Shown: piece by piece, positions 29,526-39,871 of the stretch
Layout: each line of letters begins with the position of its first letter
Position numbering within the stretch: position 1 is the first letter of the stretch
Assembly: GCA_963707505.1 (NCBI GenBank)
Contig: CAVPQB010000006.1
Span: 256,001 to 320,000, forward strand
DNA: 64,000 bases
Source of the DNA: an uncultured Gemmatimonadales bacterium
GTDB taxonomy: Bacteria > Gemmatimonadota > Gemmatimonadetes > Gemmatimonadales > Gemmatimonadaceae
Direction of reading: 5' to 3'
The notes under the pieces: model-generated
What the model was told of the DNA's origin: nothing
The model's input: the letters and a program-made list of their open reading frames with translations, nothing else
Databases searched by the model: none
Position numbers and translations under genes: made by a program

Positions 29526-30428
29526 GTGACGGAGACAATGGCGTTCGTTGTCGACATGCTGGTACACGCGACACCGCTGGTGATAACGGGTCTCGCCGTC
29601 GCGCTAGCCTTCCGTGCAGGAGTATGGAACATCGGCGCAGATGGTCAGTTCATCGCCGGTGCGACGGCAGCTGCGTGGGTCGGCGTTTCCGCGCCGCCAG
29701 GGATCGGGTGGCTTGCACTGATAATCGCTCTGATCGCGGGCGTGGTTGCCGGCGCAATATGGGCTGCCATGGCGGCGTGGCTGCGATCGCGCTTCGGCGT
29801 ACTTGAAGTGATCAGTACGATAATGCTCAATTTCATTGCTACATACGGCGCGTCGTTCCTGGTACGCGGTCCTTTGCAGGAACCAACGCATGTCTACCCC
29901 CAGACCAGTGGCATAGTGAACGGTGCGCACATGCCAATTCTTCTAGCCGGAACGAGGTTGCACTGGGGATTTGTCATTGCAGTAGCTCTTGCGGTGATAG
30001 CGTGGTGGGTGATGAAGTATTCAGCAATGGGCTTCAGAGTGAGAGCGAGTGGTGTCAATCCTTTTGCAGCTCGAAGTGCTGGTCTTATCGATGTGCCCAG
30101 GGTGACGGCGGTTGCATTCGTCGTGAGTGGAGCAATCGCAGGAATGGCTGGAGCGATCGAGGTATCGGGTGTAACGTTTGCCCTGTACGAAAACATCTCA
30201 CCCGGGTATGGCTATACGGCGATCGCAGTGGCGCTTCTGGCGGGACTCAATCCACTCGGGGTAATCGGTACCGGAATTCTGTTTGGCGCACTCGAGACTG
30301 CCGCCGGCGCCATGCAGCGTAACGTCGGGATTCCATCTACCACAGCGTCAGTGATCGAAGCCATCGTAATTCTGGCAGTCATCGCAATTGCGCAACTTCG
30401 GGCCAACAGAGTGCCAGGAACCGCATGA
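29526..30428 (+). CDS. Nucleoside ABC permease
   Basis: WNIGADGQ, EVISTIMLN, GYGYTAIAVALL; start uncertain. Confidence 0.88.
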   Translation: MTETMAFVVDMLVHATPLVITGLAVALAFRAGVWNIGADGQFIAGATAAAWVGVSAPPGIGWLALIIALIAGVVAGAIWAAMAAWLRSRFGVLEVISTIMLNFIATYGASFLVRGPLQEPTHVYPQTSGIVNGAHMPILLAGTRLHWGFVIAVALAVIAWWVMKYSAMGFRVRASGVNPFAARSAGLIDVPRVTAVAFVVSGAIAGMAGAIEVSGVTFALYENISPGYGYTAIAVALLAGLNPLGVIGTGILFGALETAAGAMQRNVGIPSTTASVIEAIVILAVIAIAQLRANRVPGTA

Positions 30429-31342
30429 TCGACGGGACCTCTGCATTTCTCGAGGGCGTTGTGCGCACCGCCACTCCACTCGCGTTGGCAGCACTTGGCG
30501 AGACCGTTACCGAGCGGAGTGGCATCATAAATATCGGGCTGGAGGGAAGCATCATCGCCGGCGCGTTGGGTGCGGTCGTCGGTGCGGGATACGGTGGAGT
30601 CTGGGCTGGCTTCGCGTTCGCGGCAGTCTGCGGTTGCGCGGTCGCCGCCATCTTCGCCTTGTTTGCTGTCACACTGCGTGCGGATCAGATCATATCCGGC
30701 ACGGCTGTCACTTTGCTCGCGTTGGGTGGAACGGGAACACTGTATCGTATCCTGTACGGAAGTGCCGGTGCCGCTCTCAATACGCCTACTCTTGATCCGA
30801 CGCCAATACCAGTGCTATCGCAGATTCCGGTGGTTGGCCGCGCATTATTTGTGCAGCCATCGATCACGTACGTGCTTTACGTGCTCGTTCCAGGGGTCAT
30901 GTGGTGGACCTACCGGACGCATGCCGGCCTCGGCCTGCGCGCGATTGGTGAGAATCCAGCGGCGGCGATAGCCGCTGGTATCCGCGCGAAGCAAGTGCAA
31001 TTTCTTGCAGTGCTGTTTGGTGGGTTGCTCGGAGGCATAAGTGGAGGCACGCTCGTACTTGCACAGGCTGGCACTTTCGTCGAAGGCATGTCTGCTGGAC
31101 GCGGCTTCATCGCCATCGCGATAGTTGTTCTCGGCCGATGGAACCCGCTCGGTGCTGCGCTTGCTGCGCTCGTGTTCGGCGCCGCAAGCGCGTTGCAATT
31201 TTTCTTTCAGGCGACCGGGAGTAATCTGCCATATCAGCTATTTCTCGCCTTTCCGTACGTGCTCACTCTCGTGGCACTCGCGGCTACGCGCGGACGAACC
31301 AACTCGCCGGCGGCACTTGGAAGACAGGACTTCGAGAGCTAG
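30425..31342 (+). CDS. Nucleoside ABC permease
   Basis: ERSGIINIGLEG, GENPAAA, GRGFIAIA, PAALG. Confidence 0.9.
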   Translation: MIDGTSAFLEGVVRTATPLALAALGETVTERSGIINIGLEGSIIAGALGAVVGAGYGGVWAGFAFAAVCGCAVAAIFALFAVTLRADQIISGTAVTLLALGGTGTLYRILYGSAGAALNTPTLDPTPIPVLSQIPVVGRALFVQPSITYVLYVLVPGVMWWTYRTHAGLGLRAIGENPAAAIAAGIRAKQVQFLAVLFGGLLGGISGGTLVLAQAGTFVEGMSAGRGFIAIAIVVLGRWNPLGAALAALVFGAASALQFFFQATGSNLPYQLFLAFPYVLTLVALAATRGRTNSPAALGRQDFES

Positions 31343-31396
31343 GGGACGGAGTCGGGACGGAGTGGGGACGGACTCCGCACGGGCCGGGACGGAATC
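31343..31396. repeat. G-rich 11-bp tandem repeat
   Basis: gggacggagtc gggacggagtg gggacggactc cgcacgggcc gggacggaatc. Confidence 0.8.
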
Positions 31397-32093
31397 AACG
31401 ATTGAATCCAACGTACAACATCCGCGTGTCCATCCCCGGGTTCACGCGCCCAGTGTCACCGTTCGATATGTGCTGCAATCTGAATCCAAAGGTGACAGTT
31501 CCGAAGCTGGAATGGACATACAGCCCTGTATGGCCATCCGCGAGGAAGTTGAACCGTGTTTCATCAGGATCCGGAATGCGGCGATCGAAGTACGCAGCTC
31601 CGCCGCCCCCGCCAAGGACGATGCCGGTCCTCTCTGACAGATGCAGCGTGGCTTCAGCGGCGACCGGAATCAGACCAGCTCCGAACGCCGTCTTCTTGTA
31701 GGGCAGGAGCCCAATTCCGCCTCCATCGTAAAACACCGTTTTGTATTCCCTGTTTGCCGTCGCGATTACTGCCGGAACCAGCGTTGGAGTGAAGCTTACT
31801 TCGCCGAATCGCCACCGGCCGATTAACCGCGTAGCACTGATGCCGGCCACATAGAGCGCACGGTCTTCCATGTGACCTACACGCGTTTTGATAGGCTCGT
31901 GAGTTCCACCAGCGAACCATGCCCCAAAAGACCAGTGATGGTCCAGGCGACGGTCGATCGAACTCGAGTCAACCGCTGGGGCCGGCACACCACAAGTCGC
32001 TCCTCCCGCGGCCTGTGCAGCAGACTCCCCCGATATAGCGGCTAGCGCTACCACCATGCACGTGACAGAAGATCTTACATACCGAGCCACCAT
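31395..32093 (-). CDS. PagL-like lipid A deacylase / acyloxyacyl hydrolase outer-membrane barrel
   Basis: Signal peptide; RFNF, RLQHISNG..NPGMD C-terminal motif. Confidence 0.8.
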   Translation of the reverse strand: MVARYVRSSVTCMVVALAAISGESAAQAAGGATCGVPAPAVDSSSIDRRLDHHWSFGAWFAGGTHEPIKTRVGHMEDRALYVAGISATRLIGRWRFGEVSFTPTLVPAVIATANREYKTVFYDGGGIGLLPYKKTAFGAGLIPVAAEATLHLSERTGIVLGGGGGAAYFDRRIPDPDETRFNFLADGHTGLYVHSSFGTVTFGFRLQHISNGDTGRVNPGMDTRMLYVGFNR

Positions 32094-32192
32094 ATTCGAC
32101 GAGCCGATCAGACGCAAAAGCTCATTCCCCCGCTTGACATGACCAGTCCACACTGAAAGCGCTATCGACCTGTGAGTCGTAATTTGAAGCCC

Positions 32193-33644
32193 ATGATCAC
32201 CATAGTACATGACCCATCTGAAACAGAAGAGCCGGGTGTGGCTCTCGTACTAGATCAGGCTCCTGCAAGAGAGCGCTGGAGCTGGGCGCTGTACGAGTTC
32301 GCAAACACAATCTTCTCGATGAACATCGCGACTCTGTACTTCGCGGTGTGGTTGGTATCCGATCTTCACGGCTCGAATACCGACGTAGCCGTCGGAAATG
32401 GAATCGCCTCTGTGCTGGTGATGTTGTCCATACCGGTCCTCGGCGCGATTTCTGACGTAACGCGACGACGTAAGCCATGGGTCGTCGGATTCACGCTTAT
32501 CGCCGTGCTCGCGACAGTTGCTATCGGAGCGATCGGTCAATACCTGATACCTCTCGTTGGGGACTCCGTGCTGAACCCAACTGCCGCTACCGGATTTGAA
32601 ATAGGCGGGCTTCCGTTGATTTTCGTGATCGCTGCATTCGTAATCGCGAATTACGCATATCAGGGCGCGCTTCCATTCTACAATGCAATGCTCCCCGAGC
32701 TCGCTCCACCCAACAAGTGGGGACGTCTCTCCGGACTCGGCGCGATTCTTGGATACACCGGATCGATCCTGGGCGTACTCATGATCAAGCCGTTTTTCGA
32801 CGGTTCACTTCCGCTGCTCGGACAGATCCCGAGTACGCTCATGCACGCCCTGCGGACGGTGTTCCCGCTCGCCGGATCGGGCGGCCGTGTCGCGACATTT
32901 GCGCCAACCGCATTGCTGTATCTCGTGTTCAGTATCCCGTTGTTCGTATTCTGCCGGGATCACTTTCCGGCACGCACGCGTCAGACCATACCGTGGCGAC
33001 AGGCGTTCCACGATGTGGCAAATACGATTCGCGAATCACGCAAGTATCCCGGTGTTCTCAGGTTTATCATCGCCTCGTTCGTATATCAGGACGCGATGGG
33101 AACGATCATCAGCTTCATGGCGTTGTACGCCGTGGTGGCGATGGGATTCAAGAGTGGTAGTGAGACAACGCTATTTGTCGTGCTCACAATCCCTGCTGTA
33201 TTCGGGGCATGGTTGTGGGGAAGACTCACCGATCGCATCGGACCAAGGAATACGCTGATGATCGTGCTCTGCGCCTGGGTCGTGCTCCTCGTTGCGATGA
33301 TCGCTGCGCCATCACGCCAGGCGTTCTGGATAGTTGGTGCAATGATAGGCTTTATCTATGGTGGAGTGAACGTCGCCGAGCGCCCGATGCTGCTGCGGCT
33401 GATCCCTGACGAAGAGGCGGGACGGTTCTTCGGACTCATGGTACTATCGGCGCGGGCAGCCGCGATTGTTGGGCCGCTGGTTTGGGCGCTGGCCGTTGAC
33501 GGACTCACGCCGAGTTTCGGCAAGGGCGTCGCATACCGCGCTGGGGTCGCGACAGTAGCCATCGCGATGTGTGTCGCGCTGCTTATCATGCGTGGTGTGC
33601 CGGACAACTTTCCAGCAACAGGGAAGCCATCCGGCTTGCTATAA
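32193..33644 (+). CDS. MFS transporter (Atg22/UMF1-like)
   Basis: SWALYEFAN, YNAMLPEL, GRLSGLG, GRFFG; multiple TM helices. Confidence 0.88.
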   Translation: MITIVHDPSETEEPGVALVLDQAPARERWSWALYEFANTIFSMNIATLYFAVWLVSDLHGSNTDVAVGNGIASVLVMLSIPVLGAISDVTRRRKPWVVGFTLIAVLATVAIGAIGQYLIPLVGDSVLNPTAATGFEIGGLPLIFVIAAFVIANYAYQGALPFYNAMLPELAPPNKWGRLSGLGAILGYTGSILGVLMIKPFFDGSLPLLGQIPSTLMHALRTVFPLAGSGGRVATFAPTALLYLVFSIPLFVFCRDHFPARTRQTIPWRQAFHDVANTIRESRKYPGVLRFIIASFVYQDAMGTIISFMALYAVVAMGFKSGSETTLFVVLTIPAVFGAWLWGRLTDRIGPRNTLMIVLCAWVVLLVAMIAAPSRQAFWIVGAMIGFIYGGVNVAERPMLLRLIPDEEAGRFFGLMVLSARAAAIVGPLVWALAVDGLTPSFGKGVAYRAGVATVAIAMCVALLIMRGVPDNFPATGKPSGLL

Positions 33645-33653
33645 CCGACTGGA

Positions 33654-34595
33654 ATGATTCAACGATTGGCACGCTGGCTCAGCGGAATTGGCTTGCACTG
33701 GTTCTACAGCGAGATACGCATCACCGGATTGGACCGTATCCCGTTGGACGGGCCTATCCTGGTGGCAATGAATCACCAGAACGCATTGGTCGATGCCATG
33801 CTGGCGCTTGAGATCGTTCCGCGGGAACTACGCATCACCGCGAAGGCTACACTGGGTGACAGCCTCGCCGGTGCAGCCTTGATGAAGGCAGCTGACATCG
33901 TTCCTCTGAGCCGCGCTTCCGACAAAGCCGTTGCGCAAGACCCACTTCGTAATCGCCGCTCTTTCGAGGCAATCATCGAGGAGTTGCGAGTTGGTGGAGC
34001 GGTGCTCGTATTTCCAGAAGGAAAGAGTCATAATGATCCGGAGCTTGCGCCGTTAAGAACCGGGCTCGCACGCGCCGCATTGCGAGCGCGTGAGGCAAGC
34101 GTGCATGGCATTCGGATAATCCCGATCGGAACCACATTTGCCGAAAAGGCTGAGCCGGATACAATCATGTCTGTGCAGATCGGCGAGCCAATATTGATGG
34201 ATGATTGGCCGGATGACGATGCACATCGGCTTACCGACGCCATCGCTACCAGGCTTCGGGTGATTTCATTTACCGGAGATGTAAGCCCACCGAACGGCCC
34301 CATGGAAACCCATCGACATATCCTGATACGTACCGCAGCCTGGTGGGGACGAGTGATGCACGAGATCCCACTCCGCATGGCGCGCCGACAGGCGATAAGA
34401 CTCAGCACCGACGTCGGTGAGACTGCGATGTACACCATGACTTTCGGGCTCGCTGCAATCCTGGTGTCTTACGCGATCGAAGTCCCGATCATCTGGGCGC
34501 TGCTCGGCAGAATCGTCGCGCTCTTGTTTCTCGTATCACTCGTTACCGGCGCATACTGGGCCGCGTACACGGAGCACTTTCCAAAACGATCCTGA
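33654..34595 (+). CDS. PlsC-like acyltransferase
   Basis: NHQNALVD, FPEG motifs, C-terminal TM helices. Confidence 0.85.
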   Translation: MIQRLARWLSGIGLHWFYSEIRITGLDRIPLDGPILVAMNHQNALVDAMLALEIVPRELRITAKATLGDSLAGAALMKAADIVPLSRASDKAVAQDPLRNRRSFEAIIEELRVGGAVLVFPEGKSHNDPELAPLRTGLARAALRAREASVHGIRIIPIGTTFAEKAEPDTIMSVQIGEPILMDDWPDDDAHRLTDAIATRLRVISFTGDVSPPNGPMETHRHILIRTAAWWGRVMHEIPLRMARRQAIRLSTDVGETAMYTMTFGLAAILVSYAIEVPIIWALLGRIVALLFLVSLVTGAYWAAYTEHFPKRS

Positions 34596-34617
34596 GCACG
34601 AGCAATGCTTGCTCGAC

Positions 34618-37428
34618 TCACATCTTGGTATCGAGCCAGTTGTGGCCAATTCCGACGTCCACGACCAATGGTACCGAAAGCTCGGCGGCGTGCTCCATCT
34701 GGTAGACAACTACTTCACGCACATGATCAAGCTCCGATGGCTCGACATCGAAGACGAGCTCATCGTGCACCTGTAGCAGCATCCGGCTTTCAAAACCCCG
34801 TTCGCGAAATGAGTCATCGACACGAATCATCGCGATCTTGATCAGATCGGCGGCAGAACCCTGGATCGGAGAATTTGCCGCCGTGCGCTCGCCAAACGCA
34901 CGCATGTTGAAGTTCCGCTCTCGTAACTCGGGAATGTACCGGCGACGGTTGAAGATCGTCTGCACGTATCCGTGCTCACGCGCGAACTCTACCATCGAGT
35001 CGAGATATCTCTTGACGCCCTCGAACCGTTCGAAGTATCTCGCTATGAAATCCCGCGCCTCAGCGTGAGTAATACCGAGTTGCCTGGAAAGCGCATGCGG
35101 TCCCTGACCGTAGATCGTCGCGAAGTTGATGGTCTTCGCACGACCGCGCATTTCGGATGTAACCAACTCGAGCGGTACGTCGAAGATGATCGACGCGGTC
35201 TGCCTGTGAATATCACCACCGGCGTTGAACGCGTCGACGAAATTGCTGTCACGTGACAGATGTGCGAGTAATCGCAGTTCGATCTGTGAGTAATCGGCAG
35301 CGAGGAGCGTCCATCCGGCCCGCGGGACGAAACCACGCCGGATGTCCCTGCCAAGCTCTCTGCGAATCGGAATGTTCTGAAGATTCGGATCGCTCGAAGA
35401 CAGCCTGCCCGTGCTGGCCACCGTCTGATTGAACGATGTATGAACCCTTCCGTCTTTCGGATTTGCCGAGCGAGGCAGAGTGTCCAGATACGTGCTCTCC
35501 AGTTTGGCGAGCTCGCGGTATTCCATCAACAACGAAGGAAGTCGATGGCCTTCCTCAGCGAGCTCCTGCAAGACGCTCGCATCGGTGGATGGGCCGGTCG
35601 ACGTTTTCTTCAACACCGGAAGCTTCAGTCGATTGAACAGGATTTCACGCAACTGCACGTTGGATCCGATGTTGAACTCCTCACCGGCTTCCCTGTAGAT
35701 CTGCAGCTGCACCTGTTCCCGTTCACGTTGAAACCGTTCCTTCAATGTCGCGAACCGTTGCGTATCGATTGCAATGCCATTCCATTCCATCTCGGCGAGA
35801 ACGCTGATAAGTGGCATCTCCACCTCTTTGAAGAGAGGAGTGAGCTCATGGGCGTCGAGTTGTGGTTCGAAATGCTGGCGCATCCGCAACGTCATGTCCA
35901 CGTCCTCGCACGAATAATCACGAGCGACGTCCAGCGATACCTGGTCGAAGGTGATCTCTGATTTTCCCTTGCCACACACATCGACGTACGACGTCATCGT
36001 GTGATCCAGGAATTCGAGCGCTAACATGTCGAGAGAATGCGACCGACGACTTGGGTCCAGAACGTAACTGGCGATCATCGTGTCAAACTCGACGCCACGA
36101 AGAACGACGCCCTCACTACGAAGGACGAGCATGTCATACTTCGCGTTCTGAAGCGTCTTTGGAACGGACTCGTCCTCCAGCAAATCCCGGAGCGGTTTCA
36201 TTGCGTCCGACATGAGCGCCGGAAGGTTCTTCACGTTCGCTACCGGTGCGATCGCTGTGGTGAGCAGCTCTCCTTGATGACTGGTAGCGTCCGTATGCGC
36301 GAACGGAAAATAGTATGCCTCTCCCGGCGCTACCGCTACGGATATCGAAACGAGATGCGATCTGAGCGGATCGACCTTAGATGGCGATCCTGGATCGATG
36401 GTCGTTTCCGTATCGACCGCGATCGTCCGCGCCTTGCGCGCTTTACGTACGACGCGCTCAACTTCAGCCACAGTTTCTACCGTACGGTACTTTGCCGATT
36501 CGGTGACCTTTGGCGTCTCGACAGCGCCAGCGGCTTCCTTGGCGAACGTATGAAACTCCAGCTCGACATATAGTTGCGCCAGAGCTGCATTGTCCGGCGA
36601 GCCGACCTTCAGTGCGTCGAGATCGAATTCAACCGGAAGGTCGTCACGAATCGTGACAAGTTCCTTCGATAGACGCGCGTTCTCGGCATGTTCAAGAAGA
36701 GCTTCGCGTGGTCGCTTCTTCGTGATTTCCGAGGCGTGCGCAAGAATTTCCTCGAGGTGACCATAGGTACCCACCAATTCACACGCCGTCTTGTCACCGA
36801 TTCCTTTCACGCCCGGCACGTTGTCGGACGAATCACCAACAAGAGATAGATAGTCCGTGACGAAACTCGGCGGTACACCGAGCCTCTCGGCGCCATTCTC
36901 CACGCCTACCCAGTGCTCTTCGACGCTCGCCGGACCACCACGCCCGGGATTCAATAACCACACCCCTGGACGCACGAGCTGCTGAAAATCCTTATCTCCT
37001 GATATGACAACAACGTTGACGCCGGCGTCCACAGATTTCTTCACCAACGTTCCGATTACGTCGTCGGCTTCATAACCTTCCAGCGCTAGAATCGGAATTC
37101 CGTACGCCGTGAGGAGCGAGCTGACTCGCTCCATACCGCGATCGAAGTCCGACTGCAGCTCCTCGGTCAGCTTCTCACGCGTTGCCTTGTAGGCAGGGTA
37201 CCGTTCGTGACGGAATGACAGACCCGAATCATGCACCCACCCCAGATATTCGGGACGGTGTGAATTCAGCAGCCTTTGAAGAAAGTTTGCAATTCCCCAC
37301 GCTGCAGACGTGTTCTCCCCACGGCTCGTGGTGAGAGGACGCGATATCAAAGCAAAGAAGGCGCGGTAGATCAGCGCGTAGCCATCGACCAGAAATAGTC
37401 TTGGTGATTGTGGTAGCTCTACGTCCAT
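34618..37428 (-). CDS. polA: DNA polymerase I
   Basis: 5'-3' exo (EADDVIG, GDSSDN), DTET 3'-5' exo, DYSQIELR, KTINF, QVHDE. Confidence 0.98.
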   Translation of the reverse strand: MDVELPQSPRLFLVDGYALIYRAFFALISRPLTTSRGENTSAAWGIANFLQRLLNSHRPEYLGWVHDSGLSFRHERYPAYKATREKLTEELQSDFDRGMERVSSLLTAYGIPILALEGYEADDVIGTLVKKSVDAGVNVVVISGDKDFQQLVRPGVWLLNPGRGGPASVEEHWVGVENGAERLGVPPSFVTDYLSLVGDSSDNVPGVKGIGDKTACELVGTYGHLEEILAHASEITKKRPREALLEHAENARLSKELVTIRDDLPVEFDLDALKVGSPDNAALAQLYVELEFHTFAKEAAGAVETPKVTESAKYRTVETVAEVERVVRKARKARTIAVDTETTIDPGSPSKVDPLRSHLVSISVAVAPGEAYYFPFAHTDATSHQGELLTTAIAPVANVKNLPALMSDAMKPLRDLLEDESVPKTLQNAKYDMLVLRSEGVVLRGVEFDTMIASYVLDPSRRSHSLDMLALEFLDHTMTSYVDVCGKGKSEITFDQVSLDVARDYSCEDVDMTLRMRQHFEPQLDAHELTPLFKEVEMPLISVLAEMEWNGIAIDTQRFATLKERFQREREQVQLQIYREAGEEFNIGSNVQLREILFNRLKLPVLKKTSTGPSTDASVLQELAEEGHRLPSLLMEYRELAKLESTYLDTLPRSANPKDGRVHTSFNQTVASTGRLSSSDPNLQNIPIRRELGRDIRRGFVPRAGWTLLAADYSQIELRLLAHLSRDSNFVDAFNAGGDIHRQTASIIFDVPLELVTSEMRGRAKTINFATIYGQGPHALSRQLGITHAEARDFIARYFERFEGVKRYLDSMVEFAREHGYVQTIFNRRRYIPELRERNFNMRAFGERTAANSPIQGSAADLIKIAMIRVDDSFRERGFESRMLLQVHDELVFDVEPSELDHVREVVVYQMEHAAELSVPLVVDVGIGHNWLDTKM

Positions 37429-38847
37429 TTATCTGTTGGTCATGCGCGCGAGTAATGATTGGAACACCGCCATGCTCGGTCGTGTGAGGCGCCACTGGCG
37501 GGTGTCGTTGGGATCGTAGAATATGATCCGTGTCTGGTACTGGCTGTACTCCCACACGAGAATCCGCACGCGTGTCGACAGCTGATTCACCACTCCTATG
37601 TCTCCCATGTACATCGACCCGTAATCCTCGTACGAGTTCGTCGGTGCACCGAGGCTCACGAACACCATGCCGCGATCCGACAACCATCCGCGTGGCGTAT
37701 CGGTGATGAAAGTCGCATTGGCATCGCGAATCCTGCCGAAATAGTCATCCAGTGCTTCGTTCTGTGGCGTCGACGGGTTTGGATCTGTTGCGTGCAGAAA
37801 CGCGGTCCATCGTGCGCCACGTTCTTCTGGCTTCGCGTCGTACAGCGGTTTCAGTTTGTCCGGAGTGCTGAAGAAACGCAGATACCCCAACATGTCCTTG
37901 AACGACAACACCGGAAGATCGGGACCGAAGCCGACGAACATCCGCGTACCGATGGTGTCGGGCGATCCAGGCAGCGTTGCGACGATGGTTCCGATGCCCA
38001 CGTCAGCATGAACGAGCGGAACGGTTACGATGCCCGATGCGAGGCCAGCACCTCGCGCTGAAAGCGTTCTGCTTCCTTGCCAGGCAACCTTACCGTCCGG
38101 AGTACGAACCTCCATGGATACCGGACCGGCTGTGCCGTATGACTCCAGGTATACTGCCGCCGAGTCATCGACGCCAAACAGGTAGGACGCACGTGGCGCG
38201 GGAAGATAGGATGGCACCGAGTCCAGGTTCTGCCGTGACTTTGCCTCGTATATCGGTTCGAGAGTGGACAGTGCTGGGGACGACAGTTTCGGAACTGCGA
38301 TTGACTGGCGTTGGCTCGCACCACGTGGGCCGCTTCCGTCTCGCACCGCGTAGGTCACCGCATACCTACCGGGAACCAGACGGAATGCTCTACGATATAT
38401 CACGCTCTCGTCAGTCCGGGACGTTTCCCTGAACGTCGGCACACGCACCGACTCGCTGTCCTGCGACTGTGCTGCCATACCAGCGCCATTTTCCACGGAG
38501 AGATCCACAGCATAGCTGGCTGAGTAGCCATCGGGATCCTTTCTGAAGGACAGGCCCTTATTCGGCAACGACATTCCAACGACAACAAGCGTAGTGTCGG
38601 GCGACTTGGTGGCGAAGTAGGCAACGTCACCGACAAAGAAGATCGGGGGACCCGATGCGGCGAGTCCCATCCTGCCATAGATGGTAGCAAATACCCCACT
38701 ATCCCCAGCCGTCGAGGCACGGTTTGGGTCGTAGCTCTGCAGAGGATCTCTACGGCCGGATCCAGGACCAGCCGCGTTACCCGAGGCACACGCCGCTAGA
38801 AATACCACCGCGCCAAGTTTGAGCCATCTGAGCGACATCACTGTCAT
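37429..38847 (-). CDS. GWxTD-domain lipoprotein
   Basis: LAAC lipobox; DPNPSTPQNE..Y..RI..AN..F..GWLSDRG. Confidence 0.8.
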   Translation of the reverse strand: MTVMSLRWLKLGAVVFLAACASGNAAGPGSGRRDPLQSYDPNRASTAGDSGVFATIYGRMGLAASGPPIFFVGDVAYFATKSPDTTLVVVGMSLPNKGLSFRKDPDGYSASYAVDLSVENGAGMAAQSQDSESVRVPTFRETSRTDESVIYRRAFRLVPGRYAVTYAVRDGSGPRGASQRQSIAVPKLSSPALSTLEPIYEAKSRQNLDSVPSYLPAPRASYLFGVDDSAAVYLESYGTAGPVSMEVRTPDGKVAWQGSRTLSARGAGLASGIVTVPLVHADVGIGTIVATLPGSPDTIGTRMFVGFGPDLPVLSFKDMLGYLRFFSTPDKLKPLYDAKPEERGARWTAFLHATDPNPSTPQNEALDDYFGRIRDANATFITDTPRGWLSDRGMVFVSLGAPTNSYEDYGSMYMGDIGVVNQLSTRVRILVWEYSQYQTRIIFYDPNDTRQWRLTRPSMAVFQSLLARMTNR

Positions 38848-38953
38848 GCACTGGTCCGTGGGTGTAAGGGCAGCGAAGGCATCGCACGGTCATTACGTAT
38901 TATATAGCCTCCTGCCCCTGTCCCTGCCGCCCAATTCGCATTAGGTTCGCCGA

Positions 38954-39871
38954 GTGCCACGAGAAAATCTGGTGGGAACGACGGTCGCCGGGTATGCGAT
39001 CGACCGAGAGGTTGGTGAGGGCGGTACGTCCGCCGTTTACGAAGCGCATCACTCCGAGCATGGGCGCGTAGCGCTCAAGGTGCTACGTGAGCGGCTGCGA
39101 CAGGATCCTACTGCCGTCACGCGGTTCATCCGCGAAGCCAAGTTCGGTGCCCGCGTAGAACACAGCAACGTTGTCCGCACAATCGAAACAGGCGAAGCCG
39201 AAGGCGGAATTCCATTTCTCGCCATCGAATGGGCCGCCGGCGAGCTCCTCGAAAGATACGCCAAAACAAAGGGCCACCTCGATCCAGCTGAGGCGTCGGT
39301 AATCACTGTTCAGATCGCCGCTGCCGTTGATGCCGCACATTGCCAGAACATAGTGCATCGTGATCTGAAGCCTGACAATGTCATGTACGACCCGGAAACT
39401 CGCACAGTCAAGCTGCTCGACTTCGGAATCGCGACTGACACGAATACACCGGCCGACGAGCGCCTGACACGAGCTGGTTTCTTCGTGGGAACGCTGATGT
39501 ATGTGGCCCCGGAAGCATTGTCTGGTGAATTGGTCACACCAGCTGCAGATCAGTATTCTCTAGCCACCATCGCGTACTTCCTGCTCACAGGCTGCCACCC
39601 CTATACCGCCAAACAGCCACGGGAAATGTTCACTCAGCTCCTCACGATGCCGCCAATTCCACTCAGTCAGGCAAATGAGGATCTACAGTTCCGCCCGGAA
39701 GTCGAGGAAGTCGTAATGCGCGGTCTCTCTCGACAACCCAAGGACCGCTATCCGAGCGTCATGGAGTTCGCCATCGAGCTGGAGCGAACACTTGCCCTGC
39801 CGGTCGAAGAGAAGAGCAAACTATCCAGGTTACTGCGCCGCTTCTCCAGGCAGCCAGACCGTAAACGTTGA
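38954..39871 (+). CDS. Hanks-type Ser/Thr protein kinase, soluble
   Basis: GEGG, VALK, HRDLKPDN, DFG, APE. Confidence 0.93.
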   Translation: MPRENLVGTTVAGYAIDREVGEGGTSAVYEAHHSEHGRVALKVLRERLRQDPTAVTRFIREAKFGARVEHSNVVRTIETGEAEGGIPFLAIEWAAGELLERYAKTKGHLDPAEASVITVQIAAAVDAAHCQNIVHRDLKPDNVMYDPETRTVKLLDFGIATDTNTPADERLTRAGFFVGTLMYVAPEALSGELVTPAADQYSLATIAYFLLTGCHPYTAKQPREMFTQLLTMPPIPLSQANEDLQFRPEVEEVVMRGLSRQPKDRYPSVMEFAIELERTLALPVEEKSKLSRLLRRFSRQPDRKR

